Assembly: GCA_963975465.1 (NCBI GenBank)
Contig: CAXBHB010000011.1
Coordinates: forward strand, 28,126-92,125
Direction of reading: 5' to 3'
Length of the DNA stretch: 64,000 bases
Source of the DNA: an uncultured Chromatiaceae bacterium
GTDB lineage: Bacteria > Pseudomonadota > Gammaproteobacteria > Enterobacterales > Alteromonadaceae
Of this stretch, positions 1 to 10,237 are shown piece after piece; within the stretch, counting starts at the first letter, position 1, and each line of letters starts with the position of its first letter. The translations under genes and the position numbers were made by a program. A model generated the notes under the pieces. It was not told the DNA's origin. It was given only the letters and a program-made list of their open reading frames with translations, and did not search any database.

Positions 1-318
1 CTCATCATCTTTCATCCGCATCAGTAAATTGTCGCGGGTAATACCAGCATTATTAATCAAAATATCAATTTCGCCAAACTGGTTTTTGATTTCGGCTAAA
101 CAATGTTCAATTGAGTCAGTATCTGTAACATTTAACACTAAGCCCTGACCATTACCGGCAAGGTAAGCAGAGATGGCTGCAGCGCCTTTTTCAGTGGTAG
201 CCGTACCCACCACTTTAGCACCCAGGGCCGCTAACTGCTCCGCGATTGCGCGGCCAATACCGCGGCTTGCACCGGTAACCAGGGCAACTTTGCCTTCCAG
301 CGAGAGTATATTTGTCAT
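1..318 (-). CDS. fabG: 3-oxoacyl-ACP reductase FabG, N-terminal part (gene runs off the left edge of the window)
   Basis: Reverse translation from ATG (316-318) reads MTNILSLEGKVALVTGASRGIGRAIAEQL..., with the SDR TGxxxGIG Rossmann motif. It lies directly downstream of fabD, as in fabH-fabD-fabG clusters. Confidence 0.9.
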   Translation of the reverse strand, partial: MTNILSLEGKVALVTGASRGIGRAIAEQLAALGAKVVGTATTEKGAAAISAYLAGNGQGLVLNVTDTDSIEHCLAEIKNQFGEIDILINNAGITRDNLLMRMKDDE

Positions 319-320
319 AA

Positions 321-1262
321 TTATTCCTGTGTAAGCTGAGATAGTGCCGCCTGCAATGAGGCCTGATCATTAACTGAATTGCTGATCAGATTTTTATCGA
401 TACGTTTAATCAGACCGCTTAGCACTTTACCTGCGCCAAGCTCAATCACATCTGTCACGCCCTGGCTGGCCAGCCAGTTAATCGTTTCGGTCCAGCGTAC
501 CGGGCTGTATAGCTGCCGGATCAGCGCGTCTTTTATCGCCGCGCCATCAACCGCAATACTGACATCGACATTATTAACAACCGGCACCTGTGGCGTAGTA
601 AAATGTAACGCGGCTAAATCGACAGCTAACTGCTCTGCCGCAGGACGCATCAGTGCACAATGCGATGGCACGCTGACCGGCAAGGGTAAAGCCCGCTTAG
701 CCCCGGCTGCTTTACACAGTTCACCGGCGCGCTCAACTGCAGCTTTGTGTCCGGCAATAACCACCTGTCCCGGCGAATTATAATTAACCGGCGCGACTAC
801 CTCGCCCTCGGCAGCCTCTGCACACGCGGTCGCAATCGCCGAATCGTCCAGACCGATAATAGCTGACATACCGCCCACACCAGCCGGTACCGCTTGCTGC
901 ATATAGTTGCCACGCTTTTCTACCAGCCTGACGGCATCTGCCAAGCTTAATACACCGCCACAAACTAATGCAGAATACTCACCCAATGAGTGACCGGCAA
1001 AATAAGCAGGCATGCTGCCGCCTTGTTGCTGCCACAAACGCCACACTGCTACCGACGCAGTGAGCAAGGCGGGCTGGGTACGTTGAGTTTCATTTAAATC
1101 GGCTTCCGGACCATCAGCGACCAGCGCCAACAAGTCATAACCTAACGCCGCGGATACCTCGGCAAATGTTTGTTTGACGATATCGTGCTGAACCAGCTCA
1201 CTGAGCATACCAACACTTTGTGAACCCTGTCCGGGGAATACGATTGCAAGTTTTTGAGTCAT
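321..1262 (-). CDS. fabD: malonyl-CoA:ACP transacylase
   Basis: 313-aa ORF with FPGQGSQ and the active-site GHSLGEYSAL motif. Length and position (fabH-fabD-fabG) are typical. Confidence 0.95.
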   Translation of the reverse strand: MTQKLAIVFPGQGSQSVGMLSELVQHDIVKQTFAEVSAALGYDLLALVADGPEADLNETQRTQPALLTASVAVWRLWQQQGGSMPAYFAGHSLGEYSALVCGGVLSLADAVRLVEKRGNYMQQAVPAGVGGMSAIIGLDDSAIATACAEAAEGEVVAPVNYNSPGQVVIAGHKAAVERAGELCKAAGAKRALPLPVSVPSHCALMRPAAEQLAVDLAALHFTTPQVPVVNNVDVSIAVDGAAIKDALIRQLYSPVRWTETINWLASQGVTDVIELGAGKVLSGLIKRIDKNLISNSVNDQASLQAALSQLTQE

Positions 1263-1340
1263 TTTATGTCCTGCTGTTTACATCAATGCAATAAATCAAG
1301 CCTAACTATACCTTGTGTACATTTAAAGGCAGCAACGGCC

Positions 1341-2300
1341 CTAGTAACGTACTAAAGCAGAGGCCCAGGCAAAACCGCCGCCAAATGCTTCTAATAACAA
1401 GGTCTGGCCGCGTTTTATCCGGCCGTCACGAATGGCTTCATCCAAAGCCGTCGGTACCGTTGCCGCAGAGGTATTGCCATAGCGGTCAAGGTTAATGACC
1501 ACCTGATCCATCGACATATCCAGTTTACGGGCTACTGCAGAGATTATGCGTAAATTAGCCTGGTGTGGTACCAGCCAGTCTATTTCAGATTTATCCATAT
1601 TGTTGGCACTGAGTGTTTGCTCAACCACCTGAGATAATTTGGTAACGGCCACTTTAAAGACGTCGTTACCTTTCATGCTGCCCCAGGAGTTATGCACTGA
1701 GCTTTCATCACCGCGAATTGGGTTATCAACGTACAATAATTCTGAATATTTACCATCGGCATGAATATGGGTTGATAAAATGCCTGGCTGCTCTGAGGCT
1801 TCAAGTAAGACCGCGCCTGCCGCATCACCGAACAGAATTACCATAGAACGGTCTTCCGGGCTGATTAACTGCGATAAGCAATCTGAGCCAATCACCATAA
1901 TGCGCTTAGCAATACCGGTTTTAATATATTGATCAGCAACGCTTAAGCCATAACAAAAACCGGCACAGGCCGCGGCAATATCAAACGCCGGAATTGCCGG
2001 TATGGCTAGTTCACGCTGAATTTCACAGGCGGAACTGGGCAATGCCCGTGCACCACTGGTCGTGGCGCAGATAATCATATCGATACTGTCTTTATCTATG
2101 CCCGCGGCTTCAATTGCTTTTAAAGCGGCCTGAGCACCCATGGTTGCGACAGATTCGTCAGCGCCGATAATTCGCCGCTCTTTAATGCCCGTTCGCTCAA
2201 TAATCCATTCATCGGTGGTTTCCACCATGGTTTCTAAATCGGAGTTGGTGCGAACCTGTGACGGGAAATAACTCCCGGTGCCAATAATGCGTGAGTACAT
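1341..2300 (-). CDS. fabH: 3-oxoacyl-ACP synthase III (KAS III)
   Basis: 319 aa with the active-site Cys context DIAAACAGF, plus HQAN and GNTSAA motifs. Located between plsX and fabD. Confidence 0.95.
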   Translation of the reverse strand: MYSRIIGTGSYFPSQVRTNSDLETMVETTDEWIIERTGIKERRIIGADESVATMGAQAALKAIEAAGIDKDSIDMIICATTSGARALPSSACEIQRELAIPAIPAFDIAAACAGFCYGLSVADQYIKTGIAKRIMVIGSDCLSQLISPEDRSMVILFGDAAGAVLLEASEQPGILSTHIHADGKYSELLYVDNPIRGDESSVHNSWGSMKGNDVFKVAVTKLSQVVEQTLSANNMDKSEIDWLVPHQANLRIISAVARKLDMSMDQVVINLDRYGNTSAATVPTALDEAIRDGRIKRGQTLLLEAFGGGFAWASALVRY

Positions 2301-2306
2301 GCGAAC

Positions 2307-3347
2307 CTATGCTTTATCAATTAATACGTGTTCCAGCCGATCTTTAATTTTAGCAGGCACCTGGCGTTCAACCTCCAGCACCGCTTGTCGGATGGCACTT
2401 AAAAATGCGTCTTTTGTCGCATTTCCATGACTTTTCACTACAATTCCGCGCAATCCTATCAGACTTGCACCGTTATAGTGGTCGGGGTTCACCCCCTGAT
2501 AAAGACTTTTTATAAAAGGTTTCAGCACCCAGCCGAAAAGTTGCGCACTCAGACGTTGGCGCATGGTGTTTTCAAATCGACGTAGAATCAGTTTGGCGAC
2601 ACCTTCGCAGGTTTTCAGTGCGACATTGCCGACAAAGCCGTCACAGACTATAACGTCGGCTTTACCCGAAAAAATATCGTCTCCTTCAATGTAACCAATA
2701 TAATTGATGTCGTTGCAACTGGTTAATAGTTGAGAGGCGCGTTTAATTTGATCGGAGCCTTTAATTTCCTCTTCGCCCATATTCAGCAATGCCACTTTTG
2801 GAAAGCGAACACCCACCACTTCCTCAGCCATTACCGACCCCATCACGGCAAACTGGAACAGGGTATCAGCATCACAATTTACCGTCGCGCCTAAATCCAG
2901 CATATAAACCGGATTGCCTTTACAACTGGGCAAGCCACTGATTAACGCCGGCCGCTCCACGCCATTGAGCATTTTAAGCACATAATGCGCCATCGCAATC
3001 AGGGCACCGGTATTGCCAGCGCTGACACAAGCCTGCACTTCGCCCTGATCGACTAAATCAAGCGCTCTTCGCATGGAGGATTCGCGTTTATTACGCAGGG
3101 CAACAGAGGGCTTATCAGCCATACCAACATCGTTAGAACTGGCGACAAACGTTAGTTGCGGATGGGGAAAGCTTTGATGAAACGTAAATTGTTGCTGCAG
3201 TAACTCTACGTCACCACATAACACTAATTGTAACTGCGGGAATTCTGCAATCGCTGCCAGAACGGCAGGAACAGTAGCAAGGGGGCCATGGTCGCCCCCC
3301 ATCATATCTAAAGCAAGTCTAATCTTAAGTGGCTGCACCAGGTGCAT
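2307..3347 (-). CDS. plsX: phosphate acyltransferase PlsX
   Basis: 346 aa. The LALDMMGGDHGP N-terminus and the SAGNTGA motif are typical of PlsX. Located 6 nt downstream of rpmF. Confidence 0.92.
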   Translation of the reverse strand: MHLVQPLKIRLALDMMGGDHGPLATVPAVLAAIAEFPQLQLVLCGDVELLQQQFTFHQSFPHPQLTFVASSNDVGMADKPSVALRNKRESSMRRALDLVDQGEVQACVSAGNTGALIAMAHYVLKMLNGVERPALISGLPSCKGNPVYMLDLGATVNCDADTLFQFAVMGSVMAEEVVGVRFPKVALLNMGEEEIKGSDQIKRASQLLTSCNDINYIGYIEGDDIFSGKADVIVCDGFVGNVALKTCEGVAKLILRRFENTMRQRLSAQLFGWVLKPFIKSLYQGVNPDHYNGASLIGLRGIVVKSHGNATKDAFLSAIRQAVLEVERQVPAKIKDRLEHVLIDKA

Positions 3348-3353
3348 CCGGAC

Positions 3354-3518
3354 TTACTTTACTTTACGGCCTTTGTAAAAACCATCGGCAGTAATGTGGT
3401 GACGACGGTGCGTTTCACCAGTAGTTGAGTCAACTGACAGCGTAGGGCCAGTTAACGCATCGTGTGAACGGCGCATGTCACGACGTGCACGAGATTTTTT
3501 ATTTTGCTGAACAGCCAT
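3354..3518 (-). CDS. rpmF: 50S ribosomal protein L32 (below the ORF-track size cutoff)
   Basis: Manual reverse translation gives [54 protein letters not shown] (54 aa). An AGGAG Shine-Dalgarno sequence lies upstream. The gene sits between yceD and plsX, as in E. coli. Confidence 0.93.
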   Translation of the reverse strand: MAVQQNKKSRARRDMRRSHDALTGPTLSVDSTTGETHRRHHITADGFYKGRKVK

Positions 3519-3533
3519 GGTATTTCTCCTAAA

Positions 3534-4061
3534 TCACTTTTTTTTCAGTTCTTGCAGTATGGCAAAGGGGTTTGGTTTTTCTGGTTCTGGCCCTATGTCG
3601 CCGAAACTCATGGCCTCAGCACTGATATTACAGTCTGTTGCATCATGCATCGGAAACAGTGGTAATGCCAGAATAAGTTCATCCTCAACCAACTGCCGTA
3701 AATTTATTTCACCATGCTCGTTGCGAACGATTACGTCGTAACTCTCTGGGATTAAAGCCAGAGCAGCGTCATCATCGCCTTTTACCGGTGTGTAGATAAA
3801 TTCGCTATCTAATGCCAGCATCATGGCTTCACCACAACGCTCGCAGTTTACAGTAACCTGACAATGTGCCTGTCCTTGCATTACAGCAAGGCCTTGCTCG
3901 TCGTTACCGCATTCAATTCTTACTGTTACTTCGCCTTGTTTTTCAACCAGGCTTTCAGTCAGTCGGGTTAAAGTTTGCAAAAGCACAATGCCGTCGAATA
4001 TCGACCGTTTTTGTGCGGCTTTAACCGGGTCTAACGTAACAGGTATTTTTACTTTTTGCAT
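3534..4061 (-). CDS. yceD: DUF177 protein YceD (large-subunit ribosome maturation factor)
   Basis: The ORF track extends to 4175, but E. coli YceD (from memory) begins MQKVKLPLTLDP. I therefore start at ATG 4059-4061 (MQKVKIPVTLDPVKAAQKR), giving 175 aa. It has the CERC...C metal-site context and the KPNPFA..LK C-terminus. Confidence 0.85.
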   Translation of the reverse strand: MQKVKIPVTLDPVKAAQKRSIFDGIVLLQTLTRLTESLVEKQGEVTVRIECGNDEQGLAVMQGQAHCQVTVNCERCGEAMMLALDSEFIYTPVKGDDDAALALIPESYDVIVRNEHGEINLRQLVEDELILALPLFPMHDATDCNISAEAMSFGDIGPEPEKPNPFAILQELKKK

Positions 4062-4210
4062 AAGGCGCGCATCATATAGAACCCAACCCCTGCTGTCAAA
4101 GGGTTGCCGCAGTTTTTTATGCTTTTTATCATCAGCTGAAACAGAGGCTTTGAGATAAGGCATAGTGCTTGGCATAATAGCCGCTAAATTACCCTGTTAT
4201 CGAGCGCCTG

Positions 4211-4816
4211 ATGCCTTACCCAAACCTGCCTCCCCTCTATCTGGCTTCAACTTCAGCTTACCGGCGTCAACTGCTGGCAAAGCTGACACCGCATTTTCGC
4301 GCAATTAGCCCACAAGTAGATGAAGCAGCCTTGCCAGCAGAGCAGCCTGAGGCCTTAGTTAGCCGGCTGGCAGTAGCCAAAGCGCAGGCCGTTGCCGCTA
4401 CATTGACCGACGGTCTGGTGATTGGCTCCGATCAGGTTGCCGTTTTTGACGGCCAGATTATCGGTAAACCCCACACCGTTGATAACGCTATTGCCCAGCT
4501 TAGCCAGTTTAGCGGCAACACGGTGACATTTTTAACCGGCCTGGCGCTTATCAATGTGGCCACGGCCAGCTGTCAACAGGTGGTTGAACCCTTTATTGTC
4601 GAATTTCGTGATTTAAGTCAGGCAGAAATCCTCGCTTACATCGACCGGGAAAAACCACTTGATTGTGCCGGCAGTTTTAAAAGTGAAGGCCTTGGTATCA
4701 GCTTGTTTCATGCGTTAAAAGGCGATGACCCTAACAGCCTGATTGGCTTACCGCTGATCAGGTTGCATGAGCTACTGCGCAATGAGGGGGTCAATCTGCT
4801 TACTGCCGGCACCTAA
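4211..4816 (+). CDS. yceF: Maf-like nucleoside triphosphate pyrophosphatase (YceF type)
   Basis: 201 aa with LASTSAYRRQLL, GSDQV and CAGSFKSEGLG motifs. It is divergent from yceD, as in E. coli. Confidence 0.88.
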   Translation: MPYPNLPPLYLASTSAYRRQLLAKLTPHFRAISPQVDEAALPAEQPEALVSRLAVAKAQAVAATLTDGLVIGSDQVAVFDGQIIGKPHTVDNAIAQLSQFSGNTVTFLTGLALINVATASCQQVVEPFIVEFRDLSQAEILAYIDREKPLDCAGSFKSEGLGISLFHALKGDDPNSLIGLPLIRLHELLRNEGVNLLTAGT

Positions 4817-4840
4817 ACTGCCGGCGATGAGTTGAAAAGT

Positions 4841-5485
4841 TCAGATGTGGGGTAACAGTGACGGTAAGTTATCAATAATAGCCTTTGGCTGAAACTGACG
4901 CAGAACCTCGGCACCGTGCACCCCATGCGTTACGCCTACCCGTGGCATATTAATCGCCTGCGCCATTTTCATATCATGACTGGTATCACCGACCATAATG
5001 GCGTTTTCCGGGGCAATATCCAATTGCTGGCTTATTTGCTGCAACATATCGGGATCGGGTTTTGACTGTGCCTCATCTGCGCAACGGCTGGTGACAAAAT
5101 AATGCCCCAGGCCGGTTTCAGCAAACATCCGGTCTAAGCCTTTACGCGCTTTGCCGGTTGCCACAGCCAGCAGGATATTGCGCTCGGCCAGCGCTTTTAG
5201 CACTTGCTCGGCACCGGCAAATAACGGTGTCGGAGTCGTATCATGGATAATATAATGGTCGCGATAATGCTCAAACAACTGGCTGCGCTGCGATTGATTA
5301 GTATCAGGAAACAGCACCGCAAAAGCCGGATCCAAACTCAAACCAATAATTTGCTTTACGGCATGGCTGCTTGGTATCACTAAACCGGTTAAGCCTGCCG
5401 CGGCCTGCATTGACGATACAATACGGCCAACCGAGTCCATTACCGTGCCATCCCAGTCAAAAATAACTAATTTTACGTCTGCCAT
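4841..5485 (-). CDS. HAD-superfamily phosphatase (phosphoglycolate-phosphatase-like, rluC-associated)
   Basis: HAD motif I is FDWDGTVMDS and motif IV is VGDTSHDMKMA. The start is set at ATG 5483-5485 (MADVKLVIF...), whereas the ORF track begins at an upstream TTG (5500). Confidence 0.8.
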   Translation of the reverse strand: MADVKLVIFDWDGTVMDSVGRIVSSMQAAAGLTGLVIPSSHAVKQIIGLSLDPAFAVLFPDTNQSQRSQLFEHYRDHYIIHDTTPTPLFAGAEQVLKALAERNILLAVATGKARKGLDRMFAETGLGHYFVTSRCADEAQSKPDPDMLQQISQQLDIAPENAIMVGDTSHDMKMAQAINMPRVGVTHGVHGAEVLRQFQPKAIIDNLPSLLPHI

Positions 5486-5515
5486 ACTACTTTTATCCAA
5501 CGACTTTTATCTGAA

Positions 5516-6469
5516 TTACTTTCTGGTTAACTTTGTCAGTGCTTTATCCAACGGCGCATCCAGCGGCGCTTCAATCCGCATAGTTGTCTGGCTGTTCGGA
5601 TGCATAAAACTCAGGCTCTTGGCATGCAGAAACAACCGGTTTAACCCCAGCTGCTGCATCTGACTACTAAACGCATTGTCGCCATACTTATCATCACAAG
5701 CGATAGGGTGTCCTTTACAGGCAGTATGCACCCGGATTTGGTGAGTACGGCCGGTAACAGGAAACGCCTCAACCAGAGTCCCCTCCTGATAACGCTGTAA
5801 AATACGAAAGCGCGTTTCTGAGGGCTTGCCGTTTATCTCATCAACTTTTACCACCCGCTCACCCGATTGCAGGGTATTTTTACGAAGTGGCTCGGTCACT
5901 TTACGTACTTTATTATCCCAGTCGCCACTGACCAGTGCCCAGTATTTTTTCTCTACTGTTTTATCCCGCAACTGCGCATGCAAATGGGTTAGCACTGAAC
6001 GTTTTTTGGCAATTAGCAGACAACCTGAAGTATCACGGTCCAGCCGATGAACTAATTCCAGCATTTTTGCTTGTGGCCGCAGCGCCCGCATGGCTTCAAT
6101 TACACCGAATTGCAAACCGCTACCACCGTGCACTGCCATTCCTGATGGTTTATTAAGAACAATAAGGTCATTGTCTTCAAACAGAATATGACTTTCCAGT
6201 TCACTGACCAGACTCAGTTTAACCGACACCCTGTCAGGTTCAGCAGCAACCGTTAGCGGTGGCACTCTGACGATGTCAGCCTGCTGCAGCTTGTATTCAG
6301 GTTTGACCCGCTTTTTATTAACTCGTACCTCGCCTTTCCGCAAAACACGGTAAATAACACTTTTCGGCACACCTCTGAGGCGTGCCAGTAAAAAATTGTC
6401 TATTCGCTGACCGATAAAATCATCTTCGATTTCAATCATTTGTATCGGTAATTTGATTTCATCCGTCAT
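5516..6469 (-). CDS. rluC: 23S rRNA pseudouridine(955/2504/2580) synthase RluC
   Basis: 317 aa. It has an S4-like N-terminus (GQRIDNFLLARLRGVPKSVIYRVLRKGEVRVNKKR) and the RluA-family catalytic motif HRLDRDTSG. It is divergent from rne, as in E. coli. Confidence 0.92.
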   Translation of the reverse strand: MTDEIKLPIQMIEIEDDFIGQRIDNFLLARLRGVPKSVIYRVLRKGEVRVNKKRVKPEYKLQQADIVRVPPLTVAAEPDRVSVKLSLVSELESHILFEDNDLIVLNKPSGMAVHGGSGLQFGVIEAMRALRPQAKMLELVHRLDRDTSGCLLIAKKRSVLTHLHAQLRDKTVEKKYWALVSGDWDNKVRKVTEPLRKNTLQSGERVVKVDEINGKPSETRFRILQRYQEGTLVEAFPVTGRTHQIRVHTACKGHPIACDDKYGDNAFSSQMQQLGLNRLFLHAKSLSFMHPNSQTTMRIEAPLDAPLDKALTKLTRK

Positions 6470-6503
6470 GAGCTGTAAATACTCTGCTAAAATTACTTTT
6501 AAG

Positions 6504-6533
6504 TTGCTATCCGATGCATATTAGTGGGATAAT
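6504..6533 (+). promoter_or_regulatory. candidate sigma70 promoter of rne
   Basis: TTGCTA (6504-6509), an 18-nt spacer, then GATAAT (6528-6533). This is a by-eye match only. Confidence 0.35.
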
Positions 6534-6539
6534 CACCCG

Positions 6540-6953
6540 GCTAATTATGCCAAAACGAGGCAATTAGGGCGCTCTACGTGACATAAGAGAAACTGTGCGG
6601 CACCGTCAGGGGAAGTGATCATACCGAAATCGTGGTGAAAACCAACGTTTTTTATAGCCCCGGCGTTTAAATAACGCCATTTGCCTGAGGTAATGTTGCG
6701 TAATCTGTTACCAACAACGGCAAAACACAAGTTCCAGTAACGTGAGCAACAAAAATAATTTGCTATAACGCAACGCCGAACGGCGGTGTGTTTCAGATTC
6801 AAACGAAAACAGATAACTATACTGTAAATAGTGACAATTTGGTTCCCTCAGGTATCCCAGTCGGGAGATTGCATTATTCGATGCCTGATAACATCTGAAC
6901 ACCCAGGTGCCCAGTAAGGTTGCGTTGTGGCTGCATAACAGAGTCACCCAACA
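6540..6953 (+). promoter_or_regulatory. long structured rne 5' leader (RNase E autoregulatory 5' UTR type)
   Basis: A roughly 400-nt non-coding stretch lies upstream of rne. It contains several short GC hairpins, for example ggcgtt-taaat-aacgcc and cgccg-aa-cggcg. In E. coli, rne has a comparably long autoregulatory leader. The small ORFs called here lack any coding support. Confidence 0.5.
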
Positions 6954-9900
6954 ATGAAAAGAATGCTAATTAATGCGACGCAGGAAGAAGAAATCCGCGT
7001 TGCGCTGGTCGATGGCCAGAAACTGTATGACCTGGATATTGAAAGCCCGGGCCATGAACAAAAAAAAGCCAATATATATAAAGGTAAAATAACCCGGGTT
7101 GAACCCAGCCTTGAAGCCGCATTTGTAGACTACGGCGCTGATCGCCATGGTTTTTTGCCACTGAAAGAAATTTCCCGCGAATACTTCCCTAAAGGTTACA
7201 GCTTTGACGGCCGCCCCAATATTAAAGAGGTGGTGAAAGAAGGCCAGGAAGTTATTATTCAGATTGATAAAGAAGAACGTGGCCAGAAAGGCGCTGCGTT
7301 AACCACCTTTATTAGTCTGGCTGGTTCTTATCTGGTGTTAATGCCAAACAACCCACGCGCCGGCGGCATTTCGCGGCGTATTGAAGGTGATGAGCGGCAG
7401 GAATTAAAAGATTCGTTGGGTCAGCTGGACATGCCAGACGGCATGGGTTTGATTGTACGCACCGCAGGTGTAGGTAAATCATACGAAGAGCTGGATTACG
7501 ATTTAAAAGCCCTGCTAAAACACTGGTCGGCTATTACCGACGAGGCGGCAAAGCGCCCTTCTCCGTTTTTAATTCATCAGGAAAGTAATGTGGTATTTCG
7601 CGCCATTCGCGATTACCTGCGTCGCGATGTCGGCGAGATACTGATCGACAACGCTAAAATATTCGAAGAAGCTAAAGTTTATATTCAGCAATTCCGGCCT
7701 GATTTTGCCCACCGGGTAAAAATGTATGACGGCGAAGTACCGCTGTTTATGCACTATCAGATTGAAACCCAGATCGAAACCGCCTTCCGCCGTGAAGTAC
7801 GGTTACCATCAGGTGGCTCTATTGTAATCGACGGTACTGAAGCCCTTACTGCTATTGATATTAACTCGTCTAAGGCAACGAAAGGCGGCGATATTGAAGA
7901 AACGGCTTTTAATACTAACTTAGAAGCAGCAGACGAAATTGCCCGCCAGTTACGCCTGCGTGACCTTGGTGGTTTAATTGTTATCGACTTTATTGATATG
8001 ACGCCGGTACGGCATCAGCGTGAAGTTGAAAACCGGTTAAAAGATGCCGTAAAACATGACCGCGCCCGGGTTCAGATTGGCCGTATCTCACGCTTCGGCT
8101 TACTGGAGATGTCGCGTCAGCGCTTGCGTCCGTCACTGGGTGAATCTGCCGGACATGTTTGTCCACGTTGTCATGGCCGTGGCACTATCCGTGGTACCGA
8201 AAGCTCTGCCTTGTCCATTCTGCGTTTGATTGAAGAAGAAGCAATTAAAGATAACACCAGCCAGATCCATGCGCAGGTGCCTATCTCTGTTGCCACCTAT
8301 TTAATGAACGAAAAGCGTGAATCAGTGCGTCGTATTGAAAAACGTAATGGTATTCAGATTTTCATTATTCCTAATGAGCATCTGGAAACGCCAAACTATG
8401 AAGTATCGCGGATCCGGATTGATGAAGAGCTGGATGACGTAAGCTACAACATGGTTAAAGCACCTGAAGTGATTAGCAAGCCTTATCAGCCAAGTGTTGA
8501 AGTCATTAAAGAAAAACCCGCTGTATCAGCCATTAATATTGCCCAGTCTGCGCCTGCGCGCACGGCTCCGGCAGCTGCAGCCCCTGTAGCTGGAACGCAA
8601 CCAGACTTATTCAGTAAAGTAAGTAAGTGGTTCAAAGCGCTGCTTACCGGTAGCGAGCCAGATACTACACATAGTAAAACCGCCAGCAAACAGCATACTG
8701 CGCAAAAAGTTGACGGCAAAACCAGCCGTGACGGTAGTCGTAACAACCGCGATGGCGCTCGGGACAGCAACCGTTCAGAGGGTAAAAACGATAATAACCG
8801 CCGTCGCAACAGTAAACGCCGCCGGCCGGATCAAGCTGATCGTAATGTTGCTGAGCGTGCCGTTGAAAAAGATGAGTCGACAGAAAGCAGCACGGCTGCC
8901 CTGGCTACCAGGCCGGAACGTGCACCACGTCAGGCTCAGGACCGCAACCGTCAGGAAAACCGTAAGCCACAAGCTGAGCGGCCAGCTGACGTTGTCACAA
9001 CAGAGCAGGACGAGCCGAAAGAACGCAGCGTTGCAGCTGAGCGCCGCCAACGTCGTAACATGCGTAAATCTGTCCGCCTGACACAACCCGCTGATAGCGC
9101 AACCATAGCTCCGGCAACCGCACCTGTGCAAGATACTGCAGCGTCAGAGCATACAGCACCAGCGGCAGTCACTGACGTTAGCCACGCTAGCGCTGAAACC
9201 GTGAAAACGGTAGACCCTGCTGCTCAAACCACAACGGTTTCAGAAAGTGTTGAAACCCCGGTTGCAGCAGAACCGGCAGCGCCAGTATCGGAAGCAACGG
9301 CCACAGAAGTCAGTAGTTCAACAGAGCAGGACGACACTGAAGCAACAGAACCCCGCAGCCGTAATCGTCGATCACCACGGCATCTTCGGGCCGCCGGCCA
9401 GAAGCGCAAAAAAGACCAGCAAGAGCTGACAGCAGGCACCGACGCCGTCGTCGACGAAAGTCAGTCGACAGTGGTAACTGAGCCAGCCGTTGAGACCACT
9501 GTTGAAACTGCAGTTGAAACCAACGTTGCGACCAACGCTGAACCCACAGTGGACGTTGCAGCAGAACCGGCAAAAACAGCAGACAAAGCTCAAGCTGTTA
9601 CCGAAGCTGAACAGGCAACTGACGTTAAAGCCACTTCAGAAAAAGCCGGGCCAGCAGTTGAAGCTGCCGACAGCAAGCCAAAAACCAGCACTAAAGCACG
9701 GGCTAAACCAGCCCGGCCCCGTGCTAAACGCAAAACTGCTGAAGCTGCAACCACTGAAGCAGCCGATGCTGTAGTGGCAAAACCGGCGGCGAAAGCTGAA
9801 ACAGCGGTAGCAAAAAAAGCACAAAGTAGTGCGCCTGAGCAATCTGAGCTGAATCTGGCACCAGCAGATACCGGGACCACGCCTGTAAAAGCTGAACAAC

Positions 9901-10163
9901 CTGCTCAACCTAAAGCCGCGCCGAAAGCCGCAGCAAGCAAAGCTGCACCCGCAGCAAAAGCAGGTAGTCGTTTTGGCAATATGGTAGTGGCCGATATGGC
10001 TAAGCCAGTGGCAGAAGCTGGTAGCGATAAGGTTGCCGCACCGGCCAAAGCAGCCAGTGCTGCTGAGCGCCCGACTGTTAGTAGTTCCAGCCGTCCGGCA
10101 GGATCTGCTTTTGCCAGGCAGGCTGCCAGTGCACCAATGACTAAACCAGAAAAAGCAGAATAA
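6954..10163 (+). CDS. rne: ribonuclease E
   Basis: 1069 aa. The catalytic half is highly conserved ([21 protein letters not shown]..., S1 domain, Zn-link CPRCHGRG). The C-terminal half is low-complexity and Arg/Pro/Ala/Glu-rich, as expected for a degradosome scaffold. Confidence 0.97.
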   Translation: MKRMLINATQEEEIRVALVDGQKLYDLDIESPGHEQKKANIYKGKITRVEPSLEAAFVDYGADRHGFLPLKEISREYFPKGYSFDGRPNIKEVVKEGQEVIIQIDKEERGQKGAALTTFISLAGSYLVLMPNNPRAGGISRRIEGDERQELKDSLGQLDMPDGMGLIVRTAGVGKSYEELDYDLKALLKHWSAITDEAAKRPSPFLIHQESNVVFRAIRDYLRRDVGEILIDNAKIFEEAKVYIQQFRPDFAHRVKMYDGEVPLFMHYQIETQIETAFRREVRLPSGGSIVIDGTEALTAIDINSSKATKGGDIEETAFNTNLEAADEIARQLRLRDLGGLIVIDFIDMTPVRHQREVENRLKDAVKHDRARVQIGRISRFGLLEMSRQRLRPSLGESAGHVCPRCHGRGTIRGTESSALSILRLIEEEAIKDNTSQIHAQVPISVATYLMNEKRESVRRIEKRNGIQIFIIPNEHLETPNYEVSRIRIDEELDDVSYNMVKAPEVISKPYQPSVEVIKEKPAVSAINIAQSAPARTAPAAAAPVAGTQPDLFSKVSKWFKALLTGSEPDTTHSKTASKQHTAQKVDGKTSRDGSRNNRDGARDSNRSEGKNDNNRRRNSKRRRPDQADRNVAERAVEKDESTESSTAALATRPERAPRQAQDRNRQENRKPQAERPADVVTTEQDEPKERSVAAERRQRRNMRKSVRLTQPADSATIAPATAPVQDTAASEHTAPAAVTDVSHASAETVKTVDPAAQTTTVSESVETPVAAEPAAPVSEATATEVSSSTEQDDTEATEPRSRNRRSPRHLRAAGQKRKKDQQELTAGTDAVVDESQSTVVTEPAVETTVETAVETNVATNAEPTVDVAAEPAKTADKAQAVTEAEQATDVKATSEKAGPAVEAADSKPKTSTKARAKPARPRAKRKTAEAATTEAADAVVAKPAAKAETAVAKKAQSSAPEQSELNLAPADTGTTPVKAEQPAQPKAAPKAAASKAAPAAKAGSRFGNMVVADMAKPVAEAGSDKVAAPAKAASAAERPTVSSSSRPAGSAFARQAASAPMTKPEKAE
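8604..8651 (+). other. putative RNase E membrane-targeting amphipathic helix (segment A)
   Basis: It encodes [16 protein letters not shown], which resembles the E. coli RNase E membrane-targeting sequence (LLSRFFGALKALF, from memory) and sits at an equivalent position just after the catalytic domain. Confidence 0.5.
9489..9560 (+). repeat. six tandem imperfect 12-nt (tetrapeptide) repeats inside the rne scaffold region
   Basis: The units are gttgagaccact / gttgaaactgca / gttgaaaccaac / gttgcgaccaac / gctgaacccaca / gtggacgttgca. They encode [24 protein letters not shown]. Confidence 0.8.
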
Positions 10164-10191
10164 AAAAAGCCCCCGCTAGCGGGGGCTTTTT
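10164..10191. terminator. rho-independent terminator after rne (bidirectional shape)
   Basis: An A-run is followed by the perfect 18-nt palindrome gcccccgctagcgggggc (10169-10186) and then a T-run. Confidence 0.85.
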
Positions 10192-10204
10192 AAGATTGTG
10201 TACT

Positions 10205-10233
10205 AAAAAGCCAGCTTAACAGCTGGTTTTTTT
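10205..10233. terminator. rho-independent terminator serving the convergent porin gene (and backing up rne)
   Basis: aaaaag-ccagct-taac-agctgg-ttttttt. It is flanked by A- and T-runs, so it could function on both strands. Confidence 0.75.
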
Positions 10234-10237
10234 ATGG

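Noticed and set aside
379-783. A 134-aa plus-strand ORF inside fabD.
   Set aside because: It is antisense to fabD, and its translation is low-complexity (Ser/Thr/Ala/Cys).
6545-6947. Two minus-strand ORFs (85 and 79 aa) in the rluC-rne spacer.
   Set aside because: There is no Shine-Dalgarno sequence, and the composition is odd (Cys/Arg-rich). They lie antisense to what is most likely the rne leader, so they are better explained as non-coding.
8486-9908. A cluster of 70-125-aa ORFs on both strands and in several frames inside the 3' half of rne.
   Set aside because: They all lie inside the low-complexity, stop-codon-poor RNase E scaffold region. Their translations are Arg/Ser/Cys/Ala-rich nonsense with no start-site signals. 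This is a compositional artefact.
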